Shown piece after piece: positions 24,461 through 34,994 of a stretch of 35,789 bases of DNA. The DNA is from Octopus sinensis (taxonomy: Eukaryota): contig NW_021828073.1 of assembly GCF_006345805.1 (NCBI RefSeq), positions 1 to 35,789 on the forward strand, given 5' to 3'. The stretch's first letter is position 1; each line of letters begins with the position of its first letter. The position numbers and the translations under genes were made by a program. The notes under the pieces were generated by a model. The model saw only the letters and a program-made list of their open reading frames with translations. It was not told the origin of the DNA and searched no databases.

Positions 24461-25021
24461 TTAAGACAGTTCAACAGGAGCTGACCATCGAGTGGGCAGC
24501 ATCAAGCTTCAGTATTTGCTTTGCCATTGTTTCTACAGCTGAGTGTTCTTCATGTGGCACTGGCACTTGTGAAATCACCAAGAACAGGACCTCTCAATGA
24601 AGGGCTTGTGGTGGTGGGGGTGGGGAGCAGTATCGAAGGAGGTGGCTTTATGGAGGAGAAACGAGAACAACGCCGCACTCGTTCTCGCTCCTTTCTGCTT
24701 CCTCAATCGTCCGTCTCCCGCAATGCCAGACCGTCATCTCCCTCATTTTAATGTCTACTTTATGCTAGGTGATGAGAAGTTATGATAGAAGGACAAGAAC
24801 TAGCAGAAAGCTACTGGAGTTGCTCAAGGGATGGGCTTTTCTAGAATGGCACTCACCAAGTGTCACACATGAAATTAGTATATGCACATATCTGTGTATC
24901 CTTTTTGTTGCAGTTTATCAGCCATGGATGGTGAGAAAACTGTAAAAGGTGAAAATTGGAGAAAAAATGTGTTCTTTGAGCAAAATTCCACTCAGAAATT
25001 TATTCTTTTTTGACTAAAGAT

Positions 25022-25178
25022 GCAGGCACAGCTGAGTGCTTAAGAAGTTTGCTACCCACCCACATAGTTCTGGGTTCAGTCCCACTGCGTGGCACCTTGG
25101 ACAAATGTCTTCTATAGCCTTGGGTTGACCAAAGCTTTTTGAGTGGGATTAGTAAACAGAAACTGAAAGAAGCCCATT
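25022..25178 (+). mobile_element. Major SINE, 5' half
   Basis: gggttcagtcccactgcgtggcaccttgg...gaaactgaaagaagccc. Confidence 0.8.
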
Positions 25179-25825
25179 CTGTCTGTTTTGTGTCCTCTTC
25201 TCTGGGCTTCACACAATAAATGTAAATGGGTGTCGCTGTCTTGGAAACAGGTGAAGGTTGGTGACAGGAATGGCATCCAGCTGTAGAAAACCTGTAAGCA
25301 TGGAAAAGTAAATGATAAAATGGTAGCAGTGATGGCAGCAAGGAGGAGTTACAGACATATCTTTTGTTTCTGTCTTGCCACCAGAATGCAGTGAACTGGA
25401 GCCGGTCCCTTCGGAAACTTATCCCAATCAATACTATTATTGTTCGCCAAACAAATTAATTGGAGATAAGAAAAACAAGTTCTCTTTTCTATAACCTTAC
25501 TGAATATGAACCCCAAACCTTTTGTTTTCAAATTCAATATTGTTGAATCATTCCACTCTTTCATTCTCTTACTATCATCTGTTAAGCTTTATCTTTCTCC
25601 TCTCTCTTATCTCTGTTCATCTTTCTTTTTTCTCCCTCTTTCTCTTATCACTCTCTATCTTTCTCTCTCATTTTAATGTCTGCTGTCTGTCAATCTGTCT
25701 CTATCTATTTTTTATTTCTTCCTCTCTAATTCTTTATCTGCCTCTTTCTGTCCCCTTCTTCACTCACTCAGTTTGTCTATTATGTCTATCTATTTATCTC
25801 TATCTTACCCATCTCTCTCATATAT

Positions 25826-26002
25826 AATTGTATGTATGTATGTATGTGTGTGTGTAATATATATATATACATACATATCTATATATATATATACATATAT
25901 ATATATATACATATACATACATATATATTATAACATATATTACATATATATATACATATATACATATATATATACATATATATATATTATATATACATTA
26001 TA

Positions 26003-26055
<53 letters not shown>

Positions 26056-26137
26056 CACATAACATATATATACATTATATATATACAATATAATACATAT
26101 ATATACATATATATACATATTATATACATATATATAC

Positions 26138-26192
<55 letters not shown>

Positions 26193-26326
26193 CAATATAT
26201 AATATATATATACATATATATATATATACACATTACATATATATACATATATATATACATATATATACATATATATACATATATATACATATATATATAT
26301 ACATATATATATATACATATATATAC

Positions 26327-26371
<45 letters not shown>

Positions 26372-26375
26372 TTAC

Positions 26376-26424
<49 letters not shown>

Positions 26425-26461
26425 CATATATATACATATATATATATATATAATATATACT

Positions 26462-26496
<35 letters not shown>

Positions 26497-26505
26497 CACA
26501 CACAC

Positions 26506-26540
<35 letters not shown>

Positions 26541-26613
26541 GTAGGTCCCGGGTTGAGTCGGGGTAACCACAGTAAATAAGGTACTCAATTCTATAAATAA
26601 ATATATATATATA

Positions 26614-26653
<40 letters not shown>

Positions 26654-26684
26654 CAATACATATATATAATATATACATATACAT

Positions 26685-26716
<32 letters not shown>

Positions 26717-26788
26717 TATACATATATATATATACATATATATATATACATACATACATATAATATAATATATATATATATAAAATAT

Positions 26789-26819
<31 letters not shown>

Positions 26820-26933
26820 CATATATTACAACATATCTATATATATACATATATATCTATATTATATATTATATATATATATATATATAATATATATACA
26901 TATATATATATATATACATATATATCTATATAT

Positions 26934-26974
<41 letters not shown>

Positions 26975-27031
26975 TATATCTATATATATTATATTATATA
27001 TATATATATATTATATATATATATATATATA
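25826..27031. repeat. Compound (TA)n/(TACA)n microsatellite, about 1.2 kb
   Basis: Direct inspection; contains one complex island at 26541-26600. Confidence 0.98.
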
Positions 27032-27594
27032 CCCTTTCTCTATCCAACTATCTTTCTACTCTCTCTCTCTCTCTCTCTCTTTTCTGCATCAACCACTCTC
27101 TCCCACCACACTAACAGAAAACAACAGTGGAACACATATAATAGCAGTTTCTATGGCAACACTGGCCAGAGGTGAATAGTGATAACAGTTTGTGAATTAT
27201 GTTTGACCCTTTAATCAGTACAAAGGTCAAGTGTATTACATGATGTCAGCTTGGCTCCTGCTTAGTCCTCAATCATTTATAAACTGTTGCTGCTGACAGA
27301 CAGACAGACAAACTTACAAACAGGCATTTTGAGTCTCCACCACCACCACCACCTCCTGCACTGTGTCCTTCATACTTAAACTCTCCAAGTGGTTATTATG
27401 TATCTTCAGAGCTGTACTTTTTGTTTGGCAAATGGCTAGAGCTAAGTTAAGATCCCATCTGTTAAAATATTGGAAGAGTTACATCATATAAGAATCATTT
27501 TAGCTATTGAAGAACTCATAAAATAAAAACCCTGTTACATTCACTTGTAGGTTTCTTTATTTCTTAACCCTTTTGTTTGGTGCAGTCTTCAGCC

Positions 27595-27669
27595 TGGCCG
27601 GGTCTTGTGGTACCGTCCCACCCATGCTAGCATGGAAGATGGGTGTTAAATGATGATGATAATGATGAT
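27595..27669 (+). mobile_element. 3' tail fragment sharing the RTE terminus (partner SINE or diverged RTE)
   Basis: accgtcccacCCATGCTAGCATGGaagatgggtgttaaa(tga)n matches the RTE 3' end, but the upstream sequence differs. Confidence 0.6.
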
Positions 27670-28377
27670 TTTGGTAGAAATACACTTAGATTTGTTTCAA
27701 TTAATTTTGAAAACAGCCAAGAATTTAATAAAATAACTCTTGTCATTATTGAGCATTATTTAGCATCTAAACTGGCCATACCCAGCCAAAATATTTTATG
27801 TTTAAACTGGCCTGATCCAACATCTCACACCTACGTGACAATGTCATAGTAAAAATAAACTATCACATCACTGAATTCTCAAAGCCACAAGATAATGGTT
27901 GATTTATCCAAGGCAGTGTGAATAGATAAGCTTTAAGGGTTAAGCTGGTGTTTGGAACATAGAACAACTTGGAATGTTGAAAGGTTTTGATTTAGATCAT
28001 TTAAAACAATTGTTTTATAAGATTTTTGGGGTCCACATAACAAAATAAATTCAGGATCTAATAACATTTTAAGGGTCCTGAAAACATTTTGCTTTAGATG
28101 TATGTAGTGGTATGTATTGCAAGAAATAGCAAGGTTTCTTTCTCTAATATTTTACATTGTTCGACCTACACAAGTTAATGTGTGAAAAACAGAAATAGGT
28201 ATTTTGAAAGAAGTTTCTATAAAGCTAGTTTTAAAATATCAAATGGCTTTGGGGGTCCACCAGAATAAAATAGTAATCAAAGGGGTCCATAGATAAAAAA
28301 TGGTTGAGAACCCCTGAGAAGTTTGTATTGCAGAATCAGGGACAGTCTTTGGGGAAGTGATATGAAAAAAAAAAGGA
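27670..28377. mobile_element. MITE B-like element carrying MITE A (about 27756-27939) and a hAT-like MITE
   Basis: B-like blocks tttcaattaattttgaaa...aaataactcttgtcatta / TTAAgctggtgtttggaacat / gaagtttgtattgcagaatc are split by the inserts. Confidence 0.6.
28007..28316. mobile_element. hAT-like MITE
   Basis: Right end ggttgagaacccctg (Charlie-type CAGGGGTTCTCAACC TIR); left end degenerate caattgttttataa. Confidence 0.65.
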
Positions 28378-28522
28378 TTAACTCTTTTGTGACCCTGTTT
28401 ATATTGAAATATACCGCCCTCATTTCAGTTAATTTTAGAATAACAAAGAATTTAATGAAATAACTTATGTAACCATAAAGCTGGTGTATACAACATGAAT
28501 TATCAGTCAAGGAATGTTTTAA

Positions 28523-28698
28523 CCCTTTTGAGACCCTCGGAGTTTTGGTATGTATAGTCAAAATAGACCAAAATTGTTTTTCATATTGAGATACATCTAC
28601 TGAAAGACAATCTCTGATTAGTTATTACACTTCTGAGCCAACAATTCACAATATTTGTTCCATTGGGCCGATCAATCGACCTGGGTGCCCCAAGAGGG
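28523..28698. mobile_element. piggyBac-like MITE E, 176 bp
   Basis: TTAA-CCCTTTTGAGACCC ... GGGTGCCCCAAGAGGG-TTAA. Confidence 0.75.
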
Positions 28699-28795
28699 TT
28701 AATTTAGATGAGTGGTTCTTCACCATATTTTAGGAATGAGTCTCCTTTGATTCACGTTTCATAGTAATCCGATGTTTAAAAAATCCTATTATATA

Positions 28796-30612
28796 TGGTC
28801 CACCAAGGTTCTGGTCCACCAAGGTTCAGTCCTCAGCCCCCTCCTATTTATCATAGTCATCCAGGCAATAACGGAAGAATTCAAGACAGGATGCCCCTGG
28901 GAGCTCCTCTATGCTGATGACCTTGCTCTAATTGCTGAGTCACTATCAGAACTGGAGGAGAAGTTTCAGGTGTGGAAACAAGGATTAGAATCGAAGGGCC
29001 TTAGAATCAACCTAGCCAAAACCAAAGTCCTAATAAGTAGGAAGGTGGACCAACCACAAACGACTTCAGGTAGATGGCCCTGCTCGATCTGTAAAAAAGG
29101 TGTAGGTAGAAACTCTATAAGGTGCACCAAGTGTAAGCTATGGACACATAAGAGGTGCAGCAATGTCAAAAGTAGGCTAACTGGGAAGATAGTTTTCGTA
29201 TGTGGCAGATGCTCAGGAGAAATAAACTCTGGAAACGTGCAGAGACCAACTTCTACCACGTTCCAGGGAGACAAACTAGAAGTAGTTGATTGCTTCCGCT
29301 ACCTAGGAGACCAAGTCAGTAGCGGGGGTGGGTGTGGTGAAAGTGTAACTGCTAGAGTAAGAATAGCCTGGGCAAAGTTTAGAGAGCTCTTACCCCTGCT
29401 GGTGACAAAAGGCTTCTCGCTCAGAGTAAAAGGCAGACTGTATGATGCATGTGTACGTACAGCCATGCTACATGGTAGTGAAACATGGGCCGTGACTGCT
29501 GAGGATATGCGTAAGCTCGCAAGAAATGAAGCCAGTATGCTCCGATGGATGTGTAATGTCAGTGTTCATAATCGTCAGAGTGTAAGTACCTTGAGAGAAA
29601 AGTTGAACCTAAGAAGCGTCAGTTGTGGTGTGCAAGAGAGACGGCTGCACTGGTATGGTCATATGACGAGAATGGCCGAAGATAGTTGTGTGCAAAAGTG
29701 CTACACCCTAGCAGTTGAGGGAACCTGTGGAAGAGGTAGACCCAGGAAAACCTGGGACGAAGTGGTGAAGCACGACCTTCGAACTTTAGGTCTCAGCAAG
29801 GAAATGACTAGAGACCGAGACCTATGGAAGTATGCTGTGCGTGAGAAGACCCGGCAAGACTAGTCAGGCCATAACCCGTGGCTCCTACCTGGGACGTAGT
29901 CAGTCCACCTGTGCATACCTTCCTTCTTGTGACACTTGTGAAGACCTGTTGAGGCAAGTGAAAATCGAATCAAATCAAATCAAAAAATCAAACAAAATCA
30001 AAATAGATGAACATCAATGGAATTTGTATCTTTGTGGTACCAGTGCCGGTGGAACACGAGTAAACCATCCGAACGTGGCCGTAATCAGTGCTGCACCGAC
30101 TGGCCTCCATGCTGTGGGCACGTAACAATCACCATCCGATCGTGGCCGATCGCCAGCCTCATCTGGCTCCTGTGTCGGTGGCACATAAAAAACACCATCC
30201 GAGCGTGGTCGTCTGCTAGTCTTGTCTGGCACCTGTGTCGGTGGCACATAAAAACACCATCCGAGCGTGGCCGTTCGCCAGCCTCGTCTGGCACCTGTGT
30301 CGGTGGCACATAAAAACACCATCCGAACGTGGCCGTTCGCCAGCCTCGTCTGGCACCTGTGTCGGTGGCACATAAAAACACCATCCGAGCGTGGCCGTTT
30401 GCCAGCCTCGTCTGGCACCTGTGTCGGTGGCACATAAAATCACCCACTACACTCTCATAGTGGTTGGCGTTAGGAAGGGCATCCAGCTGTAGAAACACTG
30501 CCAGATCTGACTGGCCTGGTGCAGCCTTCGGGCTCCCCAGACCCCAGTTGAACCGTCCAACCCATGCTAGCATGGAAAGCGGACGTTAAATGATGATGAT
30601 GATGATGATGAT
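28796..30612 (+). mobile_element. RTE-clade LINE copy 3, 5'-truncated, apparently young
   Basis: Uninterrupted RT frame; 3' UTR with (AAATC)n, five 62-bp units at 30131-30440, terminal palindrome at 30562-30575 and (GAT)n; inserted in a hAT-like MITE. Confidence 0.96.
28814..29863 (+). CDS. C-terminal half of RTE-type non-LTR reverse transcriptase (5'-truncated) with embedded PHD-type zinc finger
   Basis: VHQGSVLSPLLF, LLYADDLAL (YADD at 28910-28921), GLRINLAKTKV, FRYLG, YGSETW-like HGSETW, RLHWYGHMTR, GRPRKTW; the first 14 residues of the listed ORF (MFKKSYYIW...) come from flank and junction duplication. Confidence 0.92.
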   Translation, partial: VHQGSVLSPLLFIIVIQAITEEFKTGCPWELLYADDLALIAESLSELEEKFQVWKQGLESKGLRINLAKTKVLISRKVDQPQTTSGRWPCSICKKGVGRNSIRCTKCKLWTHKRCSNVKSRLTGKIVFVCGRCSGEINSGNVQRPTSTTFQGDKLEVVDCFRYLGDQVSSGGGCGESVTARVRIAWAKFRELLPLLVTKGFSLRVKGRLYDACVRTAMLHGSETWAVTAEDMRKLARNEASMLRWMCNVSVHNRQSVSTLREKLNLRSVSCGVQERRLHWYGHMTRMAEDSCVQKCYTLAVEGTCGRGRPRKTWDEVVKHDLRTLGLSKEMTRDRDLWKYAVREKTRQD

Positions 30613-30934
30613 TATTATTATAATTGAATATTATTAGCAATTGTATTTTAAAAAAATATTTAAATATTTTGAGTATTGAGTATTAAGTTTAACAAACCCA
30701 TATATGGACTCATAATGATCATGTGGGCTCCAGTTGAAAATCTCACATTTAGATGATTTAAAACAGGAAGTCTGTATTGTAGAATCAGGAACAGCCCTAG
30801 ACAGGTTCATACATATCAAAAGGATTCATAGTGCTGTCTACTATGAAGTGCCTAAAAGTTTTGTTGCACTTAATCCAGTAGAATTGCAGAAGTGCACCTT
30901 GGTTTATTTTTTTAATTTTTCATTTTTATCATAT

Positions 30935-31252
30935 ATGGTTGTGTAGTTAAGAAGCCTGTTTTGCTACCACATGGTTGGGGGTTCATTCCCACTGCATGTT
31001 ACCATGAGCAGGCATCTGCTATTATAGCTCCAGGATGACCGTAGCCTTATCATCCATTCTGTTTGTGTGTGTGTCTACTTGACCACTGGTGTTGGCTTGT
31101 TTACGTCCCCTTAATATAGCAGTTCAACAAAAGAGACTGATAGAATAACTATCAGAGTTTAAAAAAAACACTATGTTTGACTAAACTTTTCAAGGTAGTG
31201 CTCCAGTATGGCCACTCTCCAATGACTAAAACAAATAAGAGATAAAAAGATA
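30935..31252 (+). mobile_element. Major SINE, old copy with deletions
   Basis: ggttcattcccactgc head; gtgctccagtatggccac...gactaaaacaa tail. Confidence 0.75.
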
Positions 31253-31364
31253 AACACCATCCCATTTACACAACTAAATAATTTATTAATGATCACATCA
31301 TTAATGATAAAAATAAAATTGTCCTGAGTGATAAATATTAATGATACTTCACATCACACCTTGT

Positions 31365-31715
31365 TCTTCTTTTATCTTTTCTTTCAGTCATTTGACTGTG
31401 GCCATGCTGGGGCACTGCTTTGAAGGGTTTTAGTGAAACAGATCAGTCTCAGGATATTTTTCTGTTTTTAAGCCTGGTATTTATTCTATTGGTCACTTTT
31501 GCCAAACTGCTAAGTTATGGGAACGTAAACAAACCAACATTGTCGTCAAGCAGCAGTGGGAGGCAAACAAACGCGCGCGTATACAATGGGCTTCTCTCAG
31601 TTTCCATCTGCCAAATCCACTTGCAAGGCTTTGGTCAGCCCAAGTTTATAATAGATGACACTTGTCCAAAGTGCCAAGCTGTGGAATTGAACTCAGAACC
31701 ATTTGGTTTTGCTTT
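31365..31715 (-). mobile_element. Major SINE, diverged
   Basis: tttcagtcatttgactgtggccatgctgg...ggaattgaactc. Confidence 0.8.
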
Positions 31716-31857
31716 GGAACCACTGCATCACTGTTTTGTTGACTAGACACTGCAGTAGACTGCAGCAAAGCCATAATTGCACCATTATATCCTTTTAGTG
31801 CTCTTCTGAATTAAAATCTTGCTGCTGTCAATTAATATTGCTTGCCATCTGTCTAAG

Positions 31858-32030
31858 GTACTGGTATGGCTGTGTGGTTAAAGAGCTTGCTTCCTAACCA
31901 TGTGTTCTGTTCAATCCCACTGTACTATTTCTGGGCACGTGTCTTCTACTATACCCCTTATTTGATCACAGCCTTGTGAGTGGATTTGGAAGACAGAAAC
32001 TGGGTGAAGCTTGTCATATGTGTATGTGTG
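31858..32030 (+). mobile_element. Major SINE, 5' half
   Basis: atggctgtgtggtt...gttcaatcccactg...ttgtgagtggatttgg. Confidence 0.75.
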
Positions 32031-32671
32031 TAAAGGTACTAAAGGATGTGGTACCTATCTCTGCAGTAAAATGGCATTCTTTATAGAAGTAAGACATCCA
32101 CACACTAATGAGATAGTCTATGTGTGGTTGCATGACCTACTAGAAATAACAGCCAAACAGAATACCAGATTGTTTGTGGCAAACAACATACCCCAAATGA
32201 TGTGGTTCCTATTTTTTAAGTAATGTAGAATCTAATGTTCTATCTAGAAATAAAAGACATCTACAAACCAACAAGAGAGCCTCTGTGTTGTTACACTATC
32301 AACTAGAAAACTAGAAATAGCAGCTAAACCTTTCCAAAATCATACTTTATTGCCTTACAAAAAGGAGACTTTCGATAAATGTAATTTGGAATGCATGACA
32401 TCAAGAAAAATGTATGTTTGCTATATTTTGAATGTATTTGATTATAGGCCTACTATACTAGGACTTACTTGGGCATCTACAATAGATTTAAACCCCTGGC
32501 CATTGATAAGGTGGTCTTTAAGTTTGGGTAAGTTTGTATGATATGAAGAAGGTGTTGGTGTTTCAGAGCTGGTCCTGAATATATAATTTTTGTCAACAGA
32601 GACCAGCTACTACTAGTTTCCTTAGGCTCTGTTACTATTTATTTATTTATTCATTTATTATGTTTTTAAAG

Positions 32672-32877
32672 TTTGGCACAAGGCCAGCAATTTAGGGTAT
32701 AAGTGAATTACTTTAACCCCAGAATATTATTTACATTAGATGGATATTTGTCCTCATCTTGTTTGTTGTTAACACTATGTTTCGGCTGATATACCCTCCA
32801 GCCGTATTCAGGTTTCTTGGGGAAATTTCAAACCTGGGTTCCTAAAGTATTTTTCGATGTTTTTATTATTATCATTA

Positions 32878-32923
<46 letters not shown>

Positions 32924-33050
32924 GTTCAGGTCACTGCTTGAAATCGAACTTGGAATCTTGGGATTAAGAGTGCAGGCTGCTAACCCCAAGATTTCAAGTT
33001 CGATTCCAAGCAGTGACCTGAACAATAACAATAACAATAATAATAATAAT

Positions 33051-33081
<31 letters not shown>

Positions 33082-33444
33082 CAACATCGAAAAATACCTT
33101 AGGAATGAGAACCTAGGTTCGAAATTTCCCCAAGACACCTGAAGAAGGCTGGAGGGTATATCAGCCCAAACATTGTGTTAACAACAAACAAGATGAGGAC
33201 AAATATCCGTCAAATGTAAATAATGTACATAATTCCTCATCTCTTAAATATAGAACTGTATTAACCCCAGTGTTCAACTGTTACTTATTTTATCAACCCT
33301 AAAAGGACGAAACGTATTTTATCAACCCCAAAAGGACAAAACGTATGAGCACAGTAAAGTAAAGAACGCAAAATATAAAGACAGATGAAATGCCACTAAA
33401 CATTTCATCCGTCATGCTAACAATTCTGCCAACTCACTGCCTTA
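32672..33444 (-). mobile_element. SINE of the 16476 type, split by a fold-back element
   Basis: Head (rc) aaggcagtgagttggcagaattgttagc matches 16476; body resumes on either side of 32723-33260. Confidence 0.6.
32723..33260. mobile_element. Fold-back Penelope-like element (family P3) with 10-bp flanking direct repeat
   Basis: Arms 32726-32966 and 32981-33224, 14-nt loop, internal (TAT)n/(ATA)n; TTAACCCCAG at 32713-32722 and 33261-33270; degenerate hammerhead in each arm. Confidence 0.75.
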
Positions 33445-33744
33445 TTTATTATTATAGTAATGGCAGCTTTATATGTTGTCCACTCAGCCCTAGGGCTATG
33501 TAATGTTAGAATTAAAGAGAGGAATAATGTAGATATAGAAGTATTGGAAAACCTTCAGTTCACCTGCTGGATGTGTTGTTTAGTACTTCCAAACCTGACA
33601 TATTGTGAGTTATGATGGTTGTTTTTGCCATCAGGAAATTGGTCTTTAAATAGATGGAACCTCCTAATTCTTAGCCGAGTAAATTATATTCTCATCTGAC
33701 ATCTAAAACTGCCAGACAGTCCATTGCTTCTTATCTTACTGCCT

Positions 33745-33850
33745 TCATCATCATTATCATCATCATCTTCATCATCTTCATCTCCACCACCTTCGTCATC
33801 TTCATCGTTGTAATTATTGTTATTGTTGTTGCTGTCATTTATATTATCAT
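33745..33850. repeat. (CAT/CTT/TGT)n trinucleotide tract
   Basis: Direct inspection. Confidence 0.85.
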
Positions 33851-34213
33851 CCATTTTATCACCACAACCACTTCCTCCCTCCAATGCTGACGTGATCTGT
33901 CTGAAAATATACTTCAATATTTTTGCTGGAATACTTTTGTTTCTTTGTATTTTTTTTTATTTATTATTATATATTTTTTTTTTTGCTTGTGTTTGGTTTT
34001 TATTCTTTCTTCTCGATATAGCTCAGCTGTAGATATGTTTCCATGCTGTTCGATAATAATAATGATCTAGATGTAAACTATATTATTGTATATGAAAGAG
34101 AGAAAAAGAAAAAAAGGCACCTCCCCACCATCGATAATAAAATTTTGAAAAAGAAAGAAAAAGTAACCTTAGTGAAAGATGGTTTTACAGTGGCTTATAA
34201 AGGAAGAATTTCT

Positions 34214-34366
34214 GAGTGGCTGTGTGGTAAGTAGCTTGCTTACCAACCACATGGTTCCGGGTTCAGTCCCACTGCGTGGCACCTTGGGCAAGTGTCTTCT
34301 ACTATAGCCTCAGGCCAACCGAAGCCTTGTGAGTGGATTTGGTAGATGGAAATTGAAAGAAGCTGT

Positions 34367-34415
<49 letters not shown>

Positions 34416-34655
34416 ATATATATATATATATATATATGCTTGTGTGTGTATGTGTTTGTGTGTCTGTATTTGTCTCCCCAACATCGCTTGACAACCGATG
34501 CTGGTGTATTTACTTCCCTGTAACTTAGCGGTTTGGCAAAAGAGACCAATAGAATAAGTACTAGGCTTACAAAGAATAAGTCCTGGGGTCGATTTGCTCA
34601 ACTAAAGGTGGTGCTCCAGCATGGCCACAGTCAAAAACTGAAACAAGTAAAAGAG
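34214..34655 (+). mobile_element. Major SINE, full length
   Basis: A and B boxes, long internal (TA)n, tail. Confidence 0.93.
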
Positions 34656-34994
34656 GTTCAACATACATTTACAGAGGCATTACTTGGGCACATCATCAGT
34701 GCTATATCCTAGAGTTACTAGGGTTACTACTGCTCCCACAACATAGACCCTCTTCCAGGTGACCCTATCTAGGTTGAGCAAGCCTAGCCCTTTGTCTATG
34801 CAACATTCCCCTATGTTGTTCTTCAAGGCTGTTCTTTTGTTTATTCCTGTAATGCTCAAGGTTCCATAGGCTTTATTCAATGTACAACCTGTTAATCATT
34901 GACTGACCATCCTCAGCTAGACACCTAGTTCTCCATCCCTTCTTACCTCAGCTCTCCAATTATGGCTGGCCCCTTCTATCGGTTTAATTTATCT

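Larger units (their letters stand above)
28710..30746. mobile_element. hAT-like MITE interrupted by RTE copy 3
   Basis: 8-bp direct repeat ATTTAGAT at 28702-28709 and 30747-30754; degenerate TIRs gagtggttcttcacc / gttgaaaatctcac. Confidence 0.7.
28382..30824. mobile_element. Second MITE B-like element expanded by three nested insertions
   Basis: TTAA-ctcttttgtgacc start; resumes at 30747 atttagatgatttaaaacaggaagtctgtattgtagaatc. Confidence 0.6.

Noticed and set aside
24521-24785. GC-richer stretch with an AG acceptor-like site and 62-76 aa ORFs
   Set aside because: No recognisable domain and no convincing donor; more likely an old repeat
30131-30440. Repeat array as a possible CRISPR
   Set aside because: Units are contiguous with no unique spacers, there are no cas genes, and the context is a eukaryotic LINE UTR
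30014-30573. ORFs on both strands over the 62-bp arrays (also at 982-1418, 2471-2985, 19405-19856)
   Set aside because: GC-rich tandem repeat in the LINE 3' UTR; frames differ between copies and show no protein motif
30734-30946. 70-aa ORF after the RTE
   Set aside because: Starts in MITE termini, has no ATG and no motif
33684-33917. Acidic/Asn-rich 77-aa ORF
   Set aside because: Product of a trinucleotide microsatellite
34680-34880. Minus-strand peptide ending LDRVTWKRV, faintly like an RTE C-terminus
   Set aside because: GRP and W motifs absent; similarity too weak to support
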